NCBI GenBank assembly: GCA_000320545.1
Contig: ADNK01000283.1
Span: 1 to 64,000, forward strand
DNA length: 64,000 bases
Direction: 5' to 3'
Origin: Bigelowiella natans CCMP2755
Lineage: Eukaryota > Protista > Cercozoa
In this document: positions 37,904 to 56,482 of the stretch, piece by piece
Position numbering within the stretch: position 1 is the stretch's first letter
Layout of the letters: the number at the start of each line of letters is the position of its first letter
The notes under the pieces: generated by a model
What the model saw: the letters and a program-made list of their open reading frames with translations, nothing else
What the model was told of the DNA's origin: nothing
Databases searched by the model: none
Translations under genes and position numbers: made by a program

Positions 37904-40405
37904 GTCGCAAATCTTCCAGAAATACTTTGAATTAGTGAATGAGCAGGATACGATGGCCAAAGGGGTCTACTCAGGTTATTGCAATGAAATCAGGTAATGA
38001 TGCGGAGTGCCGCTGTTTTAATGTTAAAATGCTTCTTGGCGAGATTTGGTGGTTCTTCGTCAATGGTCGTCCGTACTCTGTGTTTGCGAGATGAATTGTT
38101 GTACACATGGATTCTTGCCCCTCCCCCTCCTCCTCTTCCTCAGAACGCCCAGGGTAGAGTGCCTTCAGACGTGGGGATTAGGTTTGATCTCCACACCCAC
38201 TACCTCACATGAGTTATCATGTATTTGAAGTCATAGAAATTCCAACACGATAAAGCTGCTACTGCTGCTATTTCTCTGCTTGGTATATAATTGTGGTGAC
38301 TACTGTGACTTATCCTCTCCCCCCCCCCCCTTCCTTGCCCCATTTCTCGCAGGAAGCACATTCTTGGCGAAGTTGATTGGCAGGGAGATTATTCAAAAGG
38401 AAGGTTGTTCCGTATTCACTAGCAGTACAGAATTATCTCTCCTTCCTTACTACACCGCTGTTTATTGTTTTGTGAAGGAGGGGCCTCTTCTTCTCCTCCT
38501 CCTCCTCCCATTTCATCTGTATTCGTAAAGAATCTTGATCATACAACTGGGCCCTACGACTGGAGATATCATCAATATCGAAAGCTCCTATTTCCATCGC
38601 TCCGCATTCGAGAGGTAGGTGTGTTGGAGAGGGTGGTAATAATGACCACGGGGTTGTTGTCAATGGTGGCGGTGGTGGTGGCAAGGAAAGCGGGGAGATG
38701 GCTATATTCAGACAAAAAGGGAGAGGGGGGGAGGGAGGGAAGGAGGGAGAGAGGTAGAGAAATTCGTTCTTGTGGATCTTCTCTGATTTCCACAGTATCG
38801 TACGTGGTTCCTCGTCAGCAATCGCGTTTGTTGTACTACTACGTGTACTTGTTGCATTCCTAAGGTGGGAGAGGCATTTGTGTCTCGGAAGCTCCAAAGG
38901 CCGTATCTTGCGGCGCATGTGAGACGGTAGTCAGAAAGCATGCGAACGCGCAAATCTATTTTCGACCACACTCGAAAACACCAAACACACACACATACAC
39001 ACACACACACACGCAAGCGCACGGGGGCAGGCTCACAGATACATTGTACTTTCGGAATAGTATGCATTCATTATGGTCGCCTCGTTTTGATAATGTTAGT
39101 ACCGATTTCGCAACGTACGCTCACGTGGACACGACTCCTAACATTTCGGTCGTCGCGACGGCGCTAGAGGCAGGGCGACGGGAGAACAACTTGAGGTGAG
39201 AGGCCAGAGATCATTATCATGAATAGTAGGGATGGGACCGAACGAATGCACCAAACACGCGTAATAATCTATTTCCTTCGTCTATTTAGATCAATCTTTG
39301 TTGCTACGGACGCAACGAAGGAAGAAAAGGCGCTTTTGCGGTAGTTGTACTTCTGAAATATTCGTATCATAGCACATATATGTATATAAGAGCGGATATG
39401 AATTAAAAGAGGCCTTGGCAAAACGGGTAGGTCTCATCTCGATTCTGTGGTGTTTTTTGACGATGACGATGGGAGAGGGGCGGGATTGAACCATCCAGGT
39501 ACTTCTAATACTACTACTACGACTACGACTACTACTGCACTTAACATCAACTTCTGGATATGAATGCTTGTGCTACTTACTTACTTACTCATCGGGTAGT
39601 AGTACTCGATCATCTTTGGAGAATAGAAGCTACTGCTACTACTGCTGCTACTACCTATTAATGGGTATTAATGATGACGATGACGATGATGATGATGATA
39701 ATGATGATGGAAGGTGAATTCGCCATGGTGGAGCAGTATCTGAACATAATTTCGGACTTCTTCGTCGGAACAAAGTTTTCTCGGTTGGTGCTATTGTTTA
39801 CGATTCCCTCCCTAACTCCTCCTTTCACTCTCATCCCCTCTCTTCATCCATTTCTCTGCCCGCTCTCATACACGCCACACACATGTGCGCCTACATACCT
39901 ATATAAATGCGAGCTCAAAGGGCGACTTTTGTGAAACATTGTTTGAACAGCTTTACACTCAATATCCAAGAGGACCGTGATCTCATGGGTCGGTCACGTA
40001 CATAATGACGTAAAGGACAGGGATGGGAAGAGAAGGAATACAAGATAGCATCGATGATTGCCTAATAGGGGATTCTTATTAAGGACATGTATGATTTCCA
40101 TCGATGATTGCCTAATAGGGGATTCTTATCAAGGACATGTATGATTTGCATTAAAAGTGGAAAACCACTCACGCACACACCGCACGTTGATTTACACACT
40201 TGTGGTGTTGTCATCCAGGTGTTCGCAAAGATCTTACGTGGAATATATTTTGCAAGGTTGGTGTTTCAAAGTCTTAGTTTCCTTGCCCGTCAACGAAAAT
40301 TGACGTGTCATGATCTTGGCTCTCATGCTTGGCGTTTAAGGCAATTAATTTACCTTTGCATCTTAGGAGGATGGCAACAAATTTTGTAAAAGCAGTAACT
40401 GGTAA
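36463..40405 (+). CDS. POFUT2: GDP-fucose protein O-fucosyltransferase 2 (GT68)
   Basis: Signal peptide, then YLLYDVK|IGEGFNLQKEIFIR, WTVVLPPWCFLAHW, WETFFDV, FPVIEY, PYLAAHVRR, AMVEQYL...FFVGTKFS|FTLNIQEDRDLMG, and DLTWNIFCK|EDGNKFCKSSNW*. Confidence 0.9.
40049..40148. repeat. 50-bp tandem duplication (2 copies) in a POFUT2 intron
   Basis: The unit catcgatgattgcctaataggggattcttat(t/c)aaggacatgtatgattt(c/g) occurs twice with 2 differences. Confidence 0.95.
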
Positions 40406-40759
40406 GACATTATTGTGTCTGAGTAAAAAGTATTTCTAGTGCTCAGGAATACAAAATAAACTTATGTATATGCGTACGGGATTTAAATATTGCACCTATG
40501 AATGTGTGTGTGTGCCACAACGCACAACATTGATAATGAGTATGAAGATAATCATTTATCTCGTATGTATTTAAGGTTCGGAAAAGATTTTCCTCCATGT
40601 CCAATTCGACAGGAGTTGTATAGCAGAGATAGTGCGATTGGGTACATGATAAAGGGGTGCGACAATCACGGTATGGACAATGGAATTAGCGGACACGATG
40701 AATTGTAGCATATTGTAAAATCCCCGCATCACTTCATACAGCATCTTCTTCCCAGCGTA

Positions 40760-41800
40760 GCTGATGCGCGTGATCGTCTTATGGATACATGTGTGAATTG
40801 TGCAGAATTCGACTCACATTGTTATGTGATGCAGTAGATATGTGTGTGTAATATATGCATGTACACACACATGTGTGCAAACAAAAATGAGATGGATGTG
40901 TTGAAGTGGTTATAAAACTTTTCAATTATCATCGCTAATGTAGCTGCATGTGCAATGCTGCGGCTACAACGCCTCATTGTGTTGCACCTGTTGGTTTCCG
41001 TTGTCGTGTGTTTCATGCATGCAAAAGCATTCATGTCATGCTAGCATGTCGCATGTCTAGATGTGGATGCATGTGTGTGAGCATTAGTGTGCATCATGTG
41101 TACTGTGCCCATGGTCTAATCTAGCAATGTGTCTGATCCATCCCAGCATCGTGTCCTCGTCATGTTGAGCTTTTCGCAGAGCACTAGCTCTCATTCGTCG
41201 CCATCCGCCATGCTAGCATGTGATTTGGATCACAGCACTCTGGCACTGCATGCTAGCATGCTAGCATGCCATGTCGTGCAAGTGAACATGTTCCGCAACA
41301 TTGCATCTGACTGATGTCTGTCCTCACATGCGTGCTTTCGCACGATGCCGTTGCATTTCAATGTGCAGCATGTGATCATCATCATCGCAAGCAGTCTGGC
41401 AGCAGTGGCTGTGAGATCCAGAGATGTTCAGCCCTTCTGACATCTAGACATTGCCAGGTGACCAAGCTAGCAAGTCGCCATTGCTGATCTACACTTGAGA
41501 TTTTGCATCGCATCATGTTGCGTCGTGCGTGCGTCTAGACGCATTTGCTGCTCACCGTGTGCACGCAGACATGCTGTCATGGAATGAAAGCAGTGCGATG
41601 TCTCTGGACCTGCACCTGCTGGACGCAGTCCAACATGATCAACGTAGTTGCATCCTGCAGCCTGACTGATGTCACCATTGCTCAGCTTGTGGCTTCAAAG
41701 CTTTGTGTGTCTGTGCAACTAGCGTCTGTGCTGAATGAACGAACGAACAAGTGAAGCAACAAACTCCACCAACGCAACGTGAAACGTGCAGTCATCGTTT
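40760..41800. other. CTAG/CATG/TGCA-rich intergenic block
   Basis: For example gcatgctagcatgctagcatgc. Lies downstream of POFUT2. Confidence 0.7.
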
Positions 41801-42276
41801 TTGCCTGGGAACCCTGAGATGAACAACAATTAGGCATCGAAGTTGACAAAGCTCACAATGCTGTCAAGACAACATTCCATCCAAGATGCAAGCTTCTCTT
41901 CCTCATCATTCTCACAACCGCAAACGGCATTGGGTGGATGTGTGCCAACCCTGCAAAACACCATGCACATCTTTCCGTTCTTTCTCAGAGCCGAAGAAGA
42001 GAGATGGCGTTTGATTGGTGCGACAACTAGGAAAAAATAAATCAACTCGCAAACAAACTTGATGATTTGAAGTGTTCAGCAACAATTCGACAACAACTCT
42101 GGCGACGTGGAGCCAATCAGAACGTCTTTGGCATGCTTGGATGTCATCGTTGTCGCAGGGGTAAAAATCCCCTGTGTTTTGAGGATGATGGAGAACTCGT
42201 GGAACGAACAAGAAGACAGACGAGAGGCTGGCTTCTTGGGTTCCCTCTCTCAGCCCCACTGTCACGATCGATCTCG

Positions 42277-47884
<5,608 letters not shown>

Positions 47885-48029
47885 ACACGCCATAAATACA
47901 GAATTGATTATCTTTACAATTTCTTCGGAAAGAGAGGCAGAATCCATGTTTGTAATCAATCCTGTGATGATGTGTCTCAGGAGAGCGATGACGCCGTCGA
48001 AGAAGATAAACTGGAGAAATCTCATGCAA

Positions 48030-48930
48030 TGAATGATGAGAAATCAAGCTAATCCTCCGGCAAGTGAGTGCAATGCATGCCCCATGCCTATTCGTTGTCA
48101 ACTCGCTGTGCGCATTGCATTGACGTCTATTTTTATATTTGATGAGCAGTTTGAGATGATGTGCCATTCTAGCATTACTAAATTTTGCAATTCTAGCAAG
48201 CTAGCTAGAGTTGTCTGTGATGTGTCGAGGTGTATGTGTATAGGAACATACCTAGCTAGCTAGTCAAGCTCATGCAGCTCAGCCTCGTCCAGAACGGGTC
48301 AGCAATTTGACCTGTGCGATGCAGTTATGAGTTGATGATGAATCTACTCTACTAGTATAGTTCTAGCTCTTAGTATATTAGAGATCGAATAAGTGTAAGG
48401 CGGTCTAGTCTAGCGGGTAATGCGTATTGCGTTTTAGCAATGCCACGCAGATGCATTATGTATGTAGCATGTAGGCTTAGCTAGTAGTTAGCCTGCTAGG
48501 TAGCTAGCTAGGCTAATTAGCTATGCCTATCTAGCACAAGTGTTGGCACAAGCTGTGGCAAGTTTGTCCAATAATTAACAAAGTGTAGAAAGTCTGAAAA
48601 TTATGCGTACACGGATACATCTAGACATGCTGGCATGCTACTAGCATGTTCGATGTTTTACTAGCTAGCTAGTCCTGTACTTTGCCTTGCTAGCTTGCCT
48701 AGCATTAGCGTCTACACTAAAGCTGGTCATTATTTCACAGTAGCATACTGCCGCAGCACCGCCGTGTATCGTAGCTACGCTGCCAGCTGTGCGTGTGTAG
48801 GCCTTATAGTAAGCAGCAGCACTACCATCTCTCAGGGTGCGGCCGGAGTGTCTAGATGTAGCGTGGCTGGAGCGCATTACAGCATCTTCGTACAGTGGAC
48901 GTAAACATAATAAGATTTCTATGGAGCATG
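48030..48930. other. Extreme CTAG-rich intergenic block
   Basis: For example tagctagtagttagcctgctaggtagctagctaggctaattagcta. Lies between convergent 3' ends. Confidence 0.75.
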
Positions 48931-49292
48931 CTGAACTCTTGTCGTTATTCGTTCTGTATCTTCATCAGCGTTAATTTCTTTCCTAATAAACATTCCGACT
49001 TTTTGTTCTTTCTGCACATTTTTTTTCACTATTTTCAATGGTATTACACTGACAATGATAATTGTTGCTATCATATTCCTTTAATTTATTTCCCCCCTGG
49101 TTTTTGGTAGTAGGTTATTAGTTGTTTTCCAATTTAGTTTCTTAAACCCAGAGTTAATCTCATCTTCTGTGGCATGACCTCCTCCTCGTTCTCCTAACAC
49201 CTTATTATTTGATTGGTTGGCTTGGGGTTGAGCAACCTTCGATGCAAGAACCTAATCTTGTACGAAGGAGATTCCTTGACCTGTTCTCAGCT

Positions 49293-50906
49293 TTACGTTG
49301 CTTTGAGATCATCAATTTTGGAAAGTTCCGACAATCTGCGCAATTTTTCCTGGATAGATTCGATGGTAGATCTCGCAGGGAAGTGGGGAGTTGTGGTAGT
49401 CTTCGTTATGGATGATTTAAAAGGGGTGAGCGAGATATGAGCGATACGATGATTCATCGCACCCCCGCCCTCAGACCGTGCACATGTTTTTGGTAACGGT
49501 GCAGGTGATCCCAAGGTGAGGGATGGAATCATCATGATTTTGTGTTGTAAACTACTATTATTTGGAGCACTCTGCGGGGTCTTCAGAGCTAGAGCAGCAG
49601 TACGGGCAAGAAAGCTCTCGGATAGCACCGACTCGCTCCTCTTCCGTTTGATAGAAGGACTTCTGGAAGAGAGCAGTCGTGGGGTTGTCTTGTAGTCAGG
49701 AGAACTCCGAGGAGTCGACTTTGGGGTGAACTTAGTACTGCAGCTGCTCCATCTTCTTTGCTTGCGAGATCCTAGGTTTGGAGAGTTTCCCAGCGAGAGC
49801 GGGCTCATGGTGGGGGTACTCCCCCCTAGTCTATTCTTTTTGCGGCGACATGCTGCGCAGGTGCAAATGCCTCTGCACGCCGGGCACAACCAATTATCCC
49901 TTTGCTTCTTCCCTTTGGTTCGTGGAGGTTGTTCACCCAGAAATTTGAACAAGCAACGGTCGCAATACTTCTTTCGACAGATTGGCTGAAAAAATGGGGG
50001 GGGATGTTAGCTTTGGCCCAGGGTAGAGGTATAGGATGGAGTTGACAAATACCCGTTTCTTTCCTTGTTGCATCGCGAGCATATTTCGGCACCTAATCGA
50101 TGTCCGGACGGTTTAGATAGGTGTTAGTAACAACCAAAGAGTATCAATAAGTATCGATAACTCTAGTTCTGAATCTGAATTTTTGCCGTGCGTGACGCAG
50201 ATCAAGAATGTATCAATTTTTGATGTTGATGCTAGATAGCAATTTGATTTTTGGGTGCATTTTGTGAGTTGTGAGGTAGCTGACACGGACCAGTTTAGTT
50301 CTTCCTGTGACCGTCGGCTTTTGCACTGGTGGCAGCTCGATCCAAGGTTTGGGGAATTCGTAATTGACTAATTAATACGTATCTTCCGTTAGTTACTCAA
50401 ATCAAGATTGCATTTGATTGGTATATTCTTGTACCAGACTGTCAAGTGATTTCTCCGAATGTGTGTCCGTTTTGAGAGACGCTAAACTCACATTGTTCTC
50501 CATGGCACGCAAGCGCTTCAATGGAGGCGAAAATTCCTGGATTTACGTTACGAGTTTATATCCGAGATTGATTCAAAATTTCTCGAGAAGAGATGGGAAA
50601 ATATCAATTCGTTACCAGGTTTGCAAGTGTAGAAGCAGCGTCTGTGGCGCTATCGTCGTCCCCACTTGTCCCTGAAACGTCCACTGAGGAGCATGTTAGT
50701 TTCTTGGTCACATCGAGTGAACTAGCTGCATGTAGCAAGATATCCTTCCTCGGCTTCTGTTTCCTCATCCGCCTTTCCTCATCATGTTTCTCATGTTTAA
50801 GGGAGTCGTCATTATTTTCAAAACCGTCCCCCAGCGTTATGGACAGGAGCAGGGCAGCATCCTCCGCTGAGGAGGTATGTTGAATACGTTGATTCACCAC
50901 CACCAT
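49293..50906 (-). CDS. zf-4CXXC_R1 (CDCA7/JPO1-type) zinc-finger nuclear protein
   Basis: Spliced SSCHQCKSRRSQEELNW|CRNMLAMQQGKKR|PICRKKYCDRCLFKFLGE...WLCPACRGICTCAACRRKK, followed by an SP/TP-rich tail. Confidence 0.85.
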
Positions 50907-51918
50907 TTTTGGTCGATTATAGTTGGAAGTTGGAAGGAGCCACAAATCGAGATCAAAAGGCGACTATTTTACTCCAGTTGGTGCTTTTATGTTGTCGTTT
51001 ATTATCTATCTCATGGGTTTTACATTCTCAAAAGCTTAAAAACGTGAGCATGCCACTAAAGGGGCCTATTTCTTTGGTCTTAAGCTTTAACCTTGGAGAC
51101 GTCCAAGTTGACTTCTTTTTTGCAAAGGAATACTCCATACGGCTTGCCGTACAACATAAATGCCCACAGATCTATCCTCGTTCAGTTCCTCCGAAAAGCG
51201 AAAAGCCACCCGCGCTAGAATTTTCGCGGGAATTTCTTACGCATAGCGGATAGAAAAACCGATGCCTTCTTCCTTTTGCATCTAGGGTTTGAAAGACGTT
51301 TTTGTGTTTTCTCTTTGTAGTAAATATCAAATTTCTCTTGCCTTACCTGCTTTTTCTCGCGATATCACCTGGGTTTTAAAGCTTTGTCTGAAACTGCACA
51401 AGAAAGAGGGGTACATCCATCAGCAAAAGTTGCACAGTTTTCGATGGGAAAACTGTCACCCGAGAAGGAATTCACCGCTAAATCCACTTTAATTAAGTCA
51501 AGCAATTTATACCGGGATTCACAGGAATGCCGGGATAATATTCTAAGACGAAAAAGGCCCTTCATTTAGGAGTTCTTACGTGAAAAGTGGCATTAAGTAT
51601 GAGGTGGTGTCGTCCCTACGTCTTGACTCTCGTGCCGCACCATTTCTCTTGTTTGTACGGCTGTAACCTTGTACGCACACACACTCTACCGGAACATTCC
51701 TCAATTGCCTTTTCTGGGACCCTCTCTCTCTCTCAAGGTTTGCACAGCACAGCGTCCTGTGCGTAAGCTAGTGCGCTTACAGGGGATAGAAATTAGATGG
51801 AGTTTGTGACTGAGAGAACTTTTGAACATCCCGTCACACGTCAAGTCAGCGCGTGTGCCCCTTGTACTAATCTTTGATGTATCTATATCATGCAATGTGT
51901 GTGGTGGCAGATCTCTCT

Positions 51919-52927
51919 ATGTTTCGTAAAGCTGTCTCCCGTGTGATCCGCCAGCCCCTTGGAGCAAGGTCGTTCGGAATCGAGATCAAGCAAGTAGGAG
52001 ATTCTTTGACATTATTCAAAATTCAAAAGCAGACACTCACACTCACACTCTTTTGCAGGTGGCACGCATGGCTACCTGCAAAGTTTCAAGCGAGGGTAAT
52101 TCAATTTATAAATCATCCTAGTTTGATCGTATTGCTTTTTCACCTATCATCTTACCCTCCAATGACGGCCCACATGCAACGAACAGTTGATGCCGAGACG
52201 ATCGATAGCATCATAATTGGGAAGGTAGTGTGCGACCGTAAATATGCTGGAGCCAACTTCCAATATGAAATTAAATGTTTCTCACATTTAAAAGGGGCTT
52301 CCCAAATTGAAGCAGTTGAAGGGCTTCGCTGGAATCGAAAGATACTTCTGTAAGGAGCACCTGGACTACAAGGTGATATGGCCTTATGGCTCAACTATGA
52401 AACTGATATTGTTCTGGTGTTTAAAAAACATTTCGCAAATCTCAACTTTGACTGTTGGATGGGTGAATTTCTCTGAGCAGATCATCGTTTCATTCCAAGG
52501 GCTACAAAACTTCAAGACCTACATGGAGGTTCACGAGAAGGATATGGAGGAGAAGTTTATTGAGGTAGTAGTGAGGGGCTACTGTATTGAGAAACACTTC
52601 AAGATTTGGTAGTAATGCAGAGAACTTTCACAGGCATCTAAGCTTTCCACCACGAGTACCATGGAGTTCCAGAACTTCGTGTCCAACAAATATGGAAGTT
52701 TCGGGTATGAAGATCGATCGTGGTCATCATGACCGCATAATGATGGTGGCGAGATTTCACCGATGCGACATCTGTGAAACACACACACACGCGCGCGCGC
52801 GCGCACACACACACACACACACACATACACACCCCAACTACCACACACCATCACTTATGCCCGTTCGTGCATATACAGGGGTGGATCTGCTTTCGACTGC
52901 TTAAGTGATGACTTTACCGCCTATTAG
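51919..52927 (+). CDS. Small putatively mitochondrial protein, possibly a dimeric alpha+beta barrel fold
   Basis: The presequence is Arg-rich and acid-free (MFRKAVSRVIRQPLGARSF). Seven exons join in frame: VARMATCKVSSE, QLKGFAGIERYFCKEHLDYK, IIVSFQGLQNFKTYME ... GGSAFDCLSDDFTAY*. Confidence 0.65.
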
Positions 52928-53591
52928 ACGGATGAGGAACTCTGTAGACAGGGCTGGGGGGGTGAAATAAATGTGCATTGGCTCGGGATCTGAGCGAGTC
53001 GATAACTTTTGGGTTACATAAATCATACATTTATAGCTTTAAGATATTTAGTGGAATTGCGTTGCTTTGCGATTTTCTGTTGTATAGTGTATATTTTTCG
53101 TGCAAAGCAGATGCTACATTGCCTGGCAATAATGCTCCTGTACGAGCAACGTTGACGGTTGATAATACATTAAGTGCTTGTCCCAACAATTATCGTGCAT
53201 ACACTGTGCAGTAGATACATTGTCTCTATAAAGCTAATGACATGGTCCTAGAGGACAAATGTACTTGTAGCTAGCGAAGGCGTGCACATCGTATCATGAT
53301 TATTTTGCGCACACAAAAAGCATTGCGCCGTGTATGGCACTGCTACCATCTAGACATAACTAGATAATGCGATGGTACCTTCGCTAGTTCGCTTGAAAAG
53401 CATGTATACATGATTTCTAGATTTTTTACAACAGAACAAAATTTTTATCAATGAGCTTCGATCGCGGCTGGCATATAATAATCTCTAGCTTTAGAGTTCA
53501 GCCAGTGTTTATTAATGCGTACGCTTCCTATTTAAACTAGGTCGTTCACCCGGCCGATAAGTTTTCGCCATCACTGTCATGCTTATTGCAG

Positions 53592-53781
53592 CTATGTTTT
53601 AGAATTTATGAACCAATCTTGAATGGCACGATCTATTTGTTCGACTGCATCCTCAAGCACATCATTGACGACAACCTGTAAGAGCAGTTCACATGAGAAA
53701 TGATTAGATATAATCCATGCACCATCTAATCGAAACAAACTTCAAATTATATGTTGCACACACCGCACACACATACCATAG

Positions 53782-53832
<51 letters not shown>

Positions 53833-53867
53833 CTTACTATGTGCGTGCACATAGATACCTGGACACG

Positions 53868-53910
<43 letters not shown>

Positions 53911-54592
53911 GCATATATATTCTCGTACGAATATAGGAGTATTAGGCCACAACGCTGCGTACCATGTCGAAGAATGTTGGGTTTTGCTCCACGAATGAGA
54001 GCTCCTGCTCTGCCGTCTGAGAAAATATGCACAGTAATCGAAACCTAAGCAAGAAACTTCGACGAGGATATTTGTCAACTACGACTCTTAATCGCGAATT
54101 ATGCTCCTTTTTTGTTTATAACAGCACACAAACACGAACAATATGAATAACAATTTAAGTACCGCAAGCCTTCGTTGGATTTTGCTTTCCGATTCCGTCC
54201 CCCGCCCTATGCATGTTAGCAAAGCGTATCTATTGTTATTATCAACATCTGTGCGACTATGCGGATTCGAGTCAGAACCCACTCTTCTTTTCGTCGCCAT
54301 CACGTTCGCATGCACCGGTTTGAAGCAACAACACGGCGCAAACAAGACGATGGCATTATATGAGTTCCGAATCATGAATATCGTATTAATAACTATGTGA
54401 GGACAAAACCATCAGGATACAGCAGTATCACCCCGTAAGCGTTCCTGCAGCGTCTGGAAACCTCCACTGGAAGTGATAAACACGTACCTACAGAGGTCAC
54501 AAACACAATAATAATAAAGTCTCCTGAAGTTCTTGCGCGTTGATGCGCTCTTCTCTACAAGCCAGCCACAACAGCTAGAAAGTTGGCGAGCC

Positions 54593-54628
<36 letters not shown>

Positions 54629-54931
54629 TATACCTGACATCTTCTGCGCAACATGTTCTTGCCACACTTTGTGCCCCTTCAACGTCTATTTCTAGCACAC
54701 ATATGTTCTGCCCGTCGGAGCCTAAAGCCTGCATGAGAGAAGAATGGCTCGTCAGATGCACAGATGTCATGATTGAAGAAGTCGATTGTGCACTAACCTC
54801 CTCGATGGCTCGTTTTGTAGTTCCTGACAATATATCAGCGAGAAGGAATGATGATGGGTGAGGAGGAAAAGGGTGACGATTCATCGCTGCAAATCGTCGC
54901 AAGTGCCGTACATATTGGATATCATGGGCCC

Positions 54932-54981
<50 letters not shown>

Positions 54982-55796
54982 AAGTGTGATCACATCGTGC
55001 CGACACACACAGAGGATTAACACTTGTTCTCTTAACATAGTCTCACACCGTATTGGTTTCCATGTATTCCAGCATGCTCTATAAAAGCACCGTCCTTCAC
55101 TAGCAACGAGAATTCCTCTGGATTGACGAAGTAGTAGTCTTCTCCGTCTACCTCTCCCTGATGACAGTAGAGATACACCCAATAAAAGAAAATAGAGTGG
55201 GGGGGGGGTTGGAGATGGAGGAATCCGATGTGAGTGCTTCTATAATAGGTGTGTGTTTTAACAAACATCCTGGCAAGTCTTTATTTTTGCTTTCCCTCTC
55301 ATTTGAGGTAGTACCGATCTAGGCGCTCTTGTAGTATGAGACACTGCAACAGTGAGCCTATTATTCTCGCTATACCGTTGTCGGATCCTGCTCATCAGAG
55401 TTCCCTTTAACAGTTATTTCAATAAATACGTTTTGTCATCACTGTGGGCTACGGATTTTGTTGTCAAAATTATTGGGTAGAAGAGTGTGTCTCTTATAAA
55501 GGTGTTTAATTTTTCTCTAAATGAACGATAGCGAAGCAATGCACACAGTACTATAAGCACCAGCACCTTTCCCACTGCAGAGGGCCCGCATACGACCAGG
55601 AGCTTTTGCCGCAATTTTTGGGATGGTGTATGAATCGTGGAATTCTCCATATTGAAGTGGCTTCGCAGCTGTTTTTTTGGAATGTTTGATACTTCTCGCT
55701 TGTTGCGCCCTGGTACAGAGCGTTCCTTTGCGCCTATATTAACACAGGAGGGTGGTGTGTGGTGAGCTGCAAGCATGTGTGTGGTAGCCCCATATG

Positions 55797-55852
<56 letters not shown>

Positions 55853-56482
55853 TCCTATCGTTTAACCTGCAACGACTCGTTCAAGTTGTTGGGTTTGATT
55901 GTTGCAAAAGCGTCTACTCCTTCCCCCTCTACTATGGATCGCAGTTGTTCTGATAAAAAAGGGGGAGGAGAAAATGTGTCGCTCAAGGAGTAACCTTGAG
56001 AATGTTCCCCATGATATATAATATCATCATCCTCCAGATTATGATGACAAAGGCGTTAGAAATAGGTACATGTATAACGGTTTATGTTCTCATATTCGAC
56101 GCGTGCAAATACCCCACACACCTTCGTGGGACAAACTGAAACTCCTCCCTCAGGCCTGACGTGTAAAGAAAAGATTCAATTTCTCACACAATTGACGAGA
56201 AAAAATGCTTTATCGTTGATACCACAAGATACTCTTCCTTTTAAAGCAGACTGTCCCCGAAGATGGGCCCCGCACTCCATTCTCCTCGATGCCAGTACGA
56301 CAACAGCCGCAACCCCTTCAAAAAGATAATGATGATTGCGCATGCCGTTCGCTGTGCTGGATGAAAAATGGCAGCCCTATACACAAACCCCGATATCAAA
56401 ACATACCCGTAGCGAAAATCGTGATAAAAGAACGGGTCCTTGGAACTCCTTCGAGCTTCCGTATGCTCGGTCTGGGTGCCAT
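53592..56482 (-). CDS. gmk: Guanylate kinase with a long N-terminal (likely plastid-targeting) extension
   Basis: LLVVCGPSAVGK|GTL, VSHTTRAPR, GEVDGEDYYFV, FIEHAGIHGNQY|GT, VLEIDVEGA, RGTESESKIQRRL, and VVVNDVLEDA. The upstream exons MAPRPSIRKL...FITIFAT|GVAAVVVLAS are less certain. Confidence 0.9.

Noticed and set aside
54730-54798. Apparent insertion in guanylate kinase (VSAQSTSSIMTSVHLTSHSSLMQ)
   Set aside because: It is bounded by GT...CAG and in frame. It is most simply a stop-free intron whose removal restores normal spacing.
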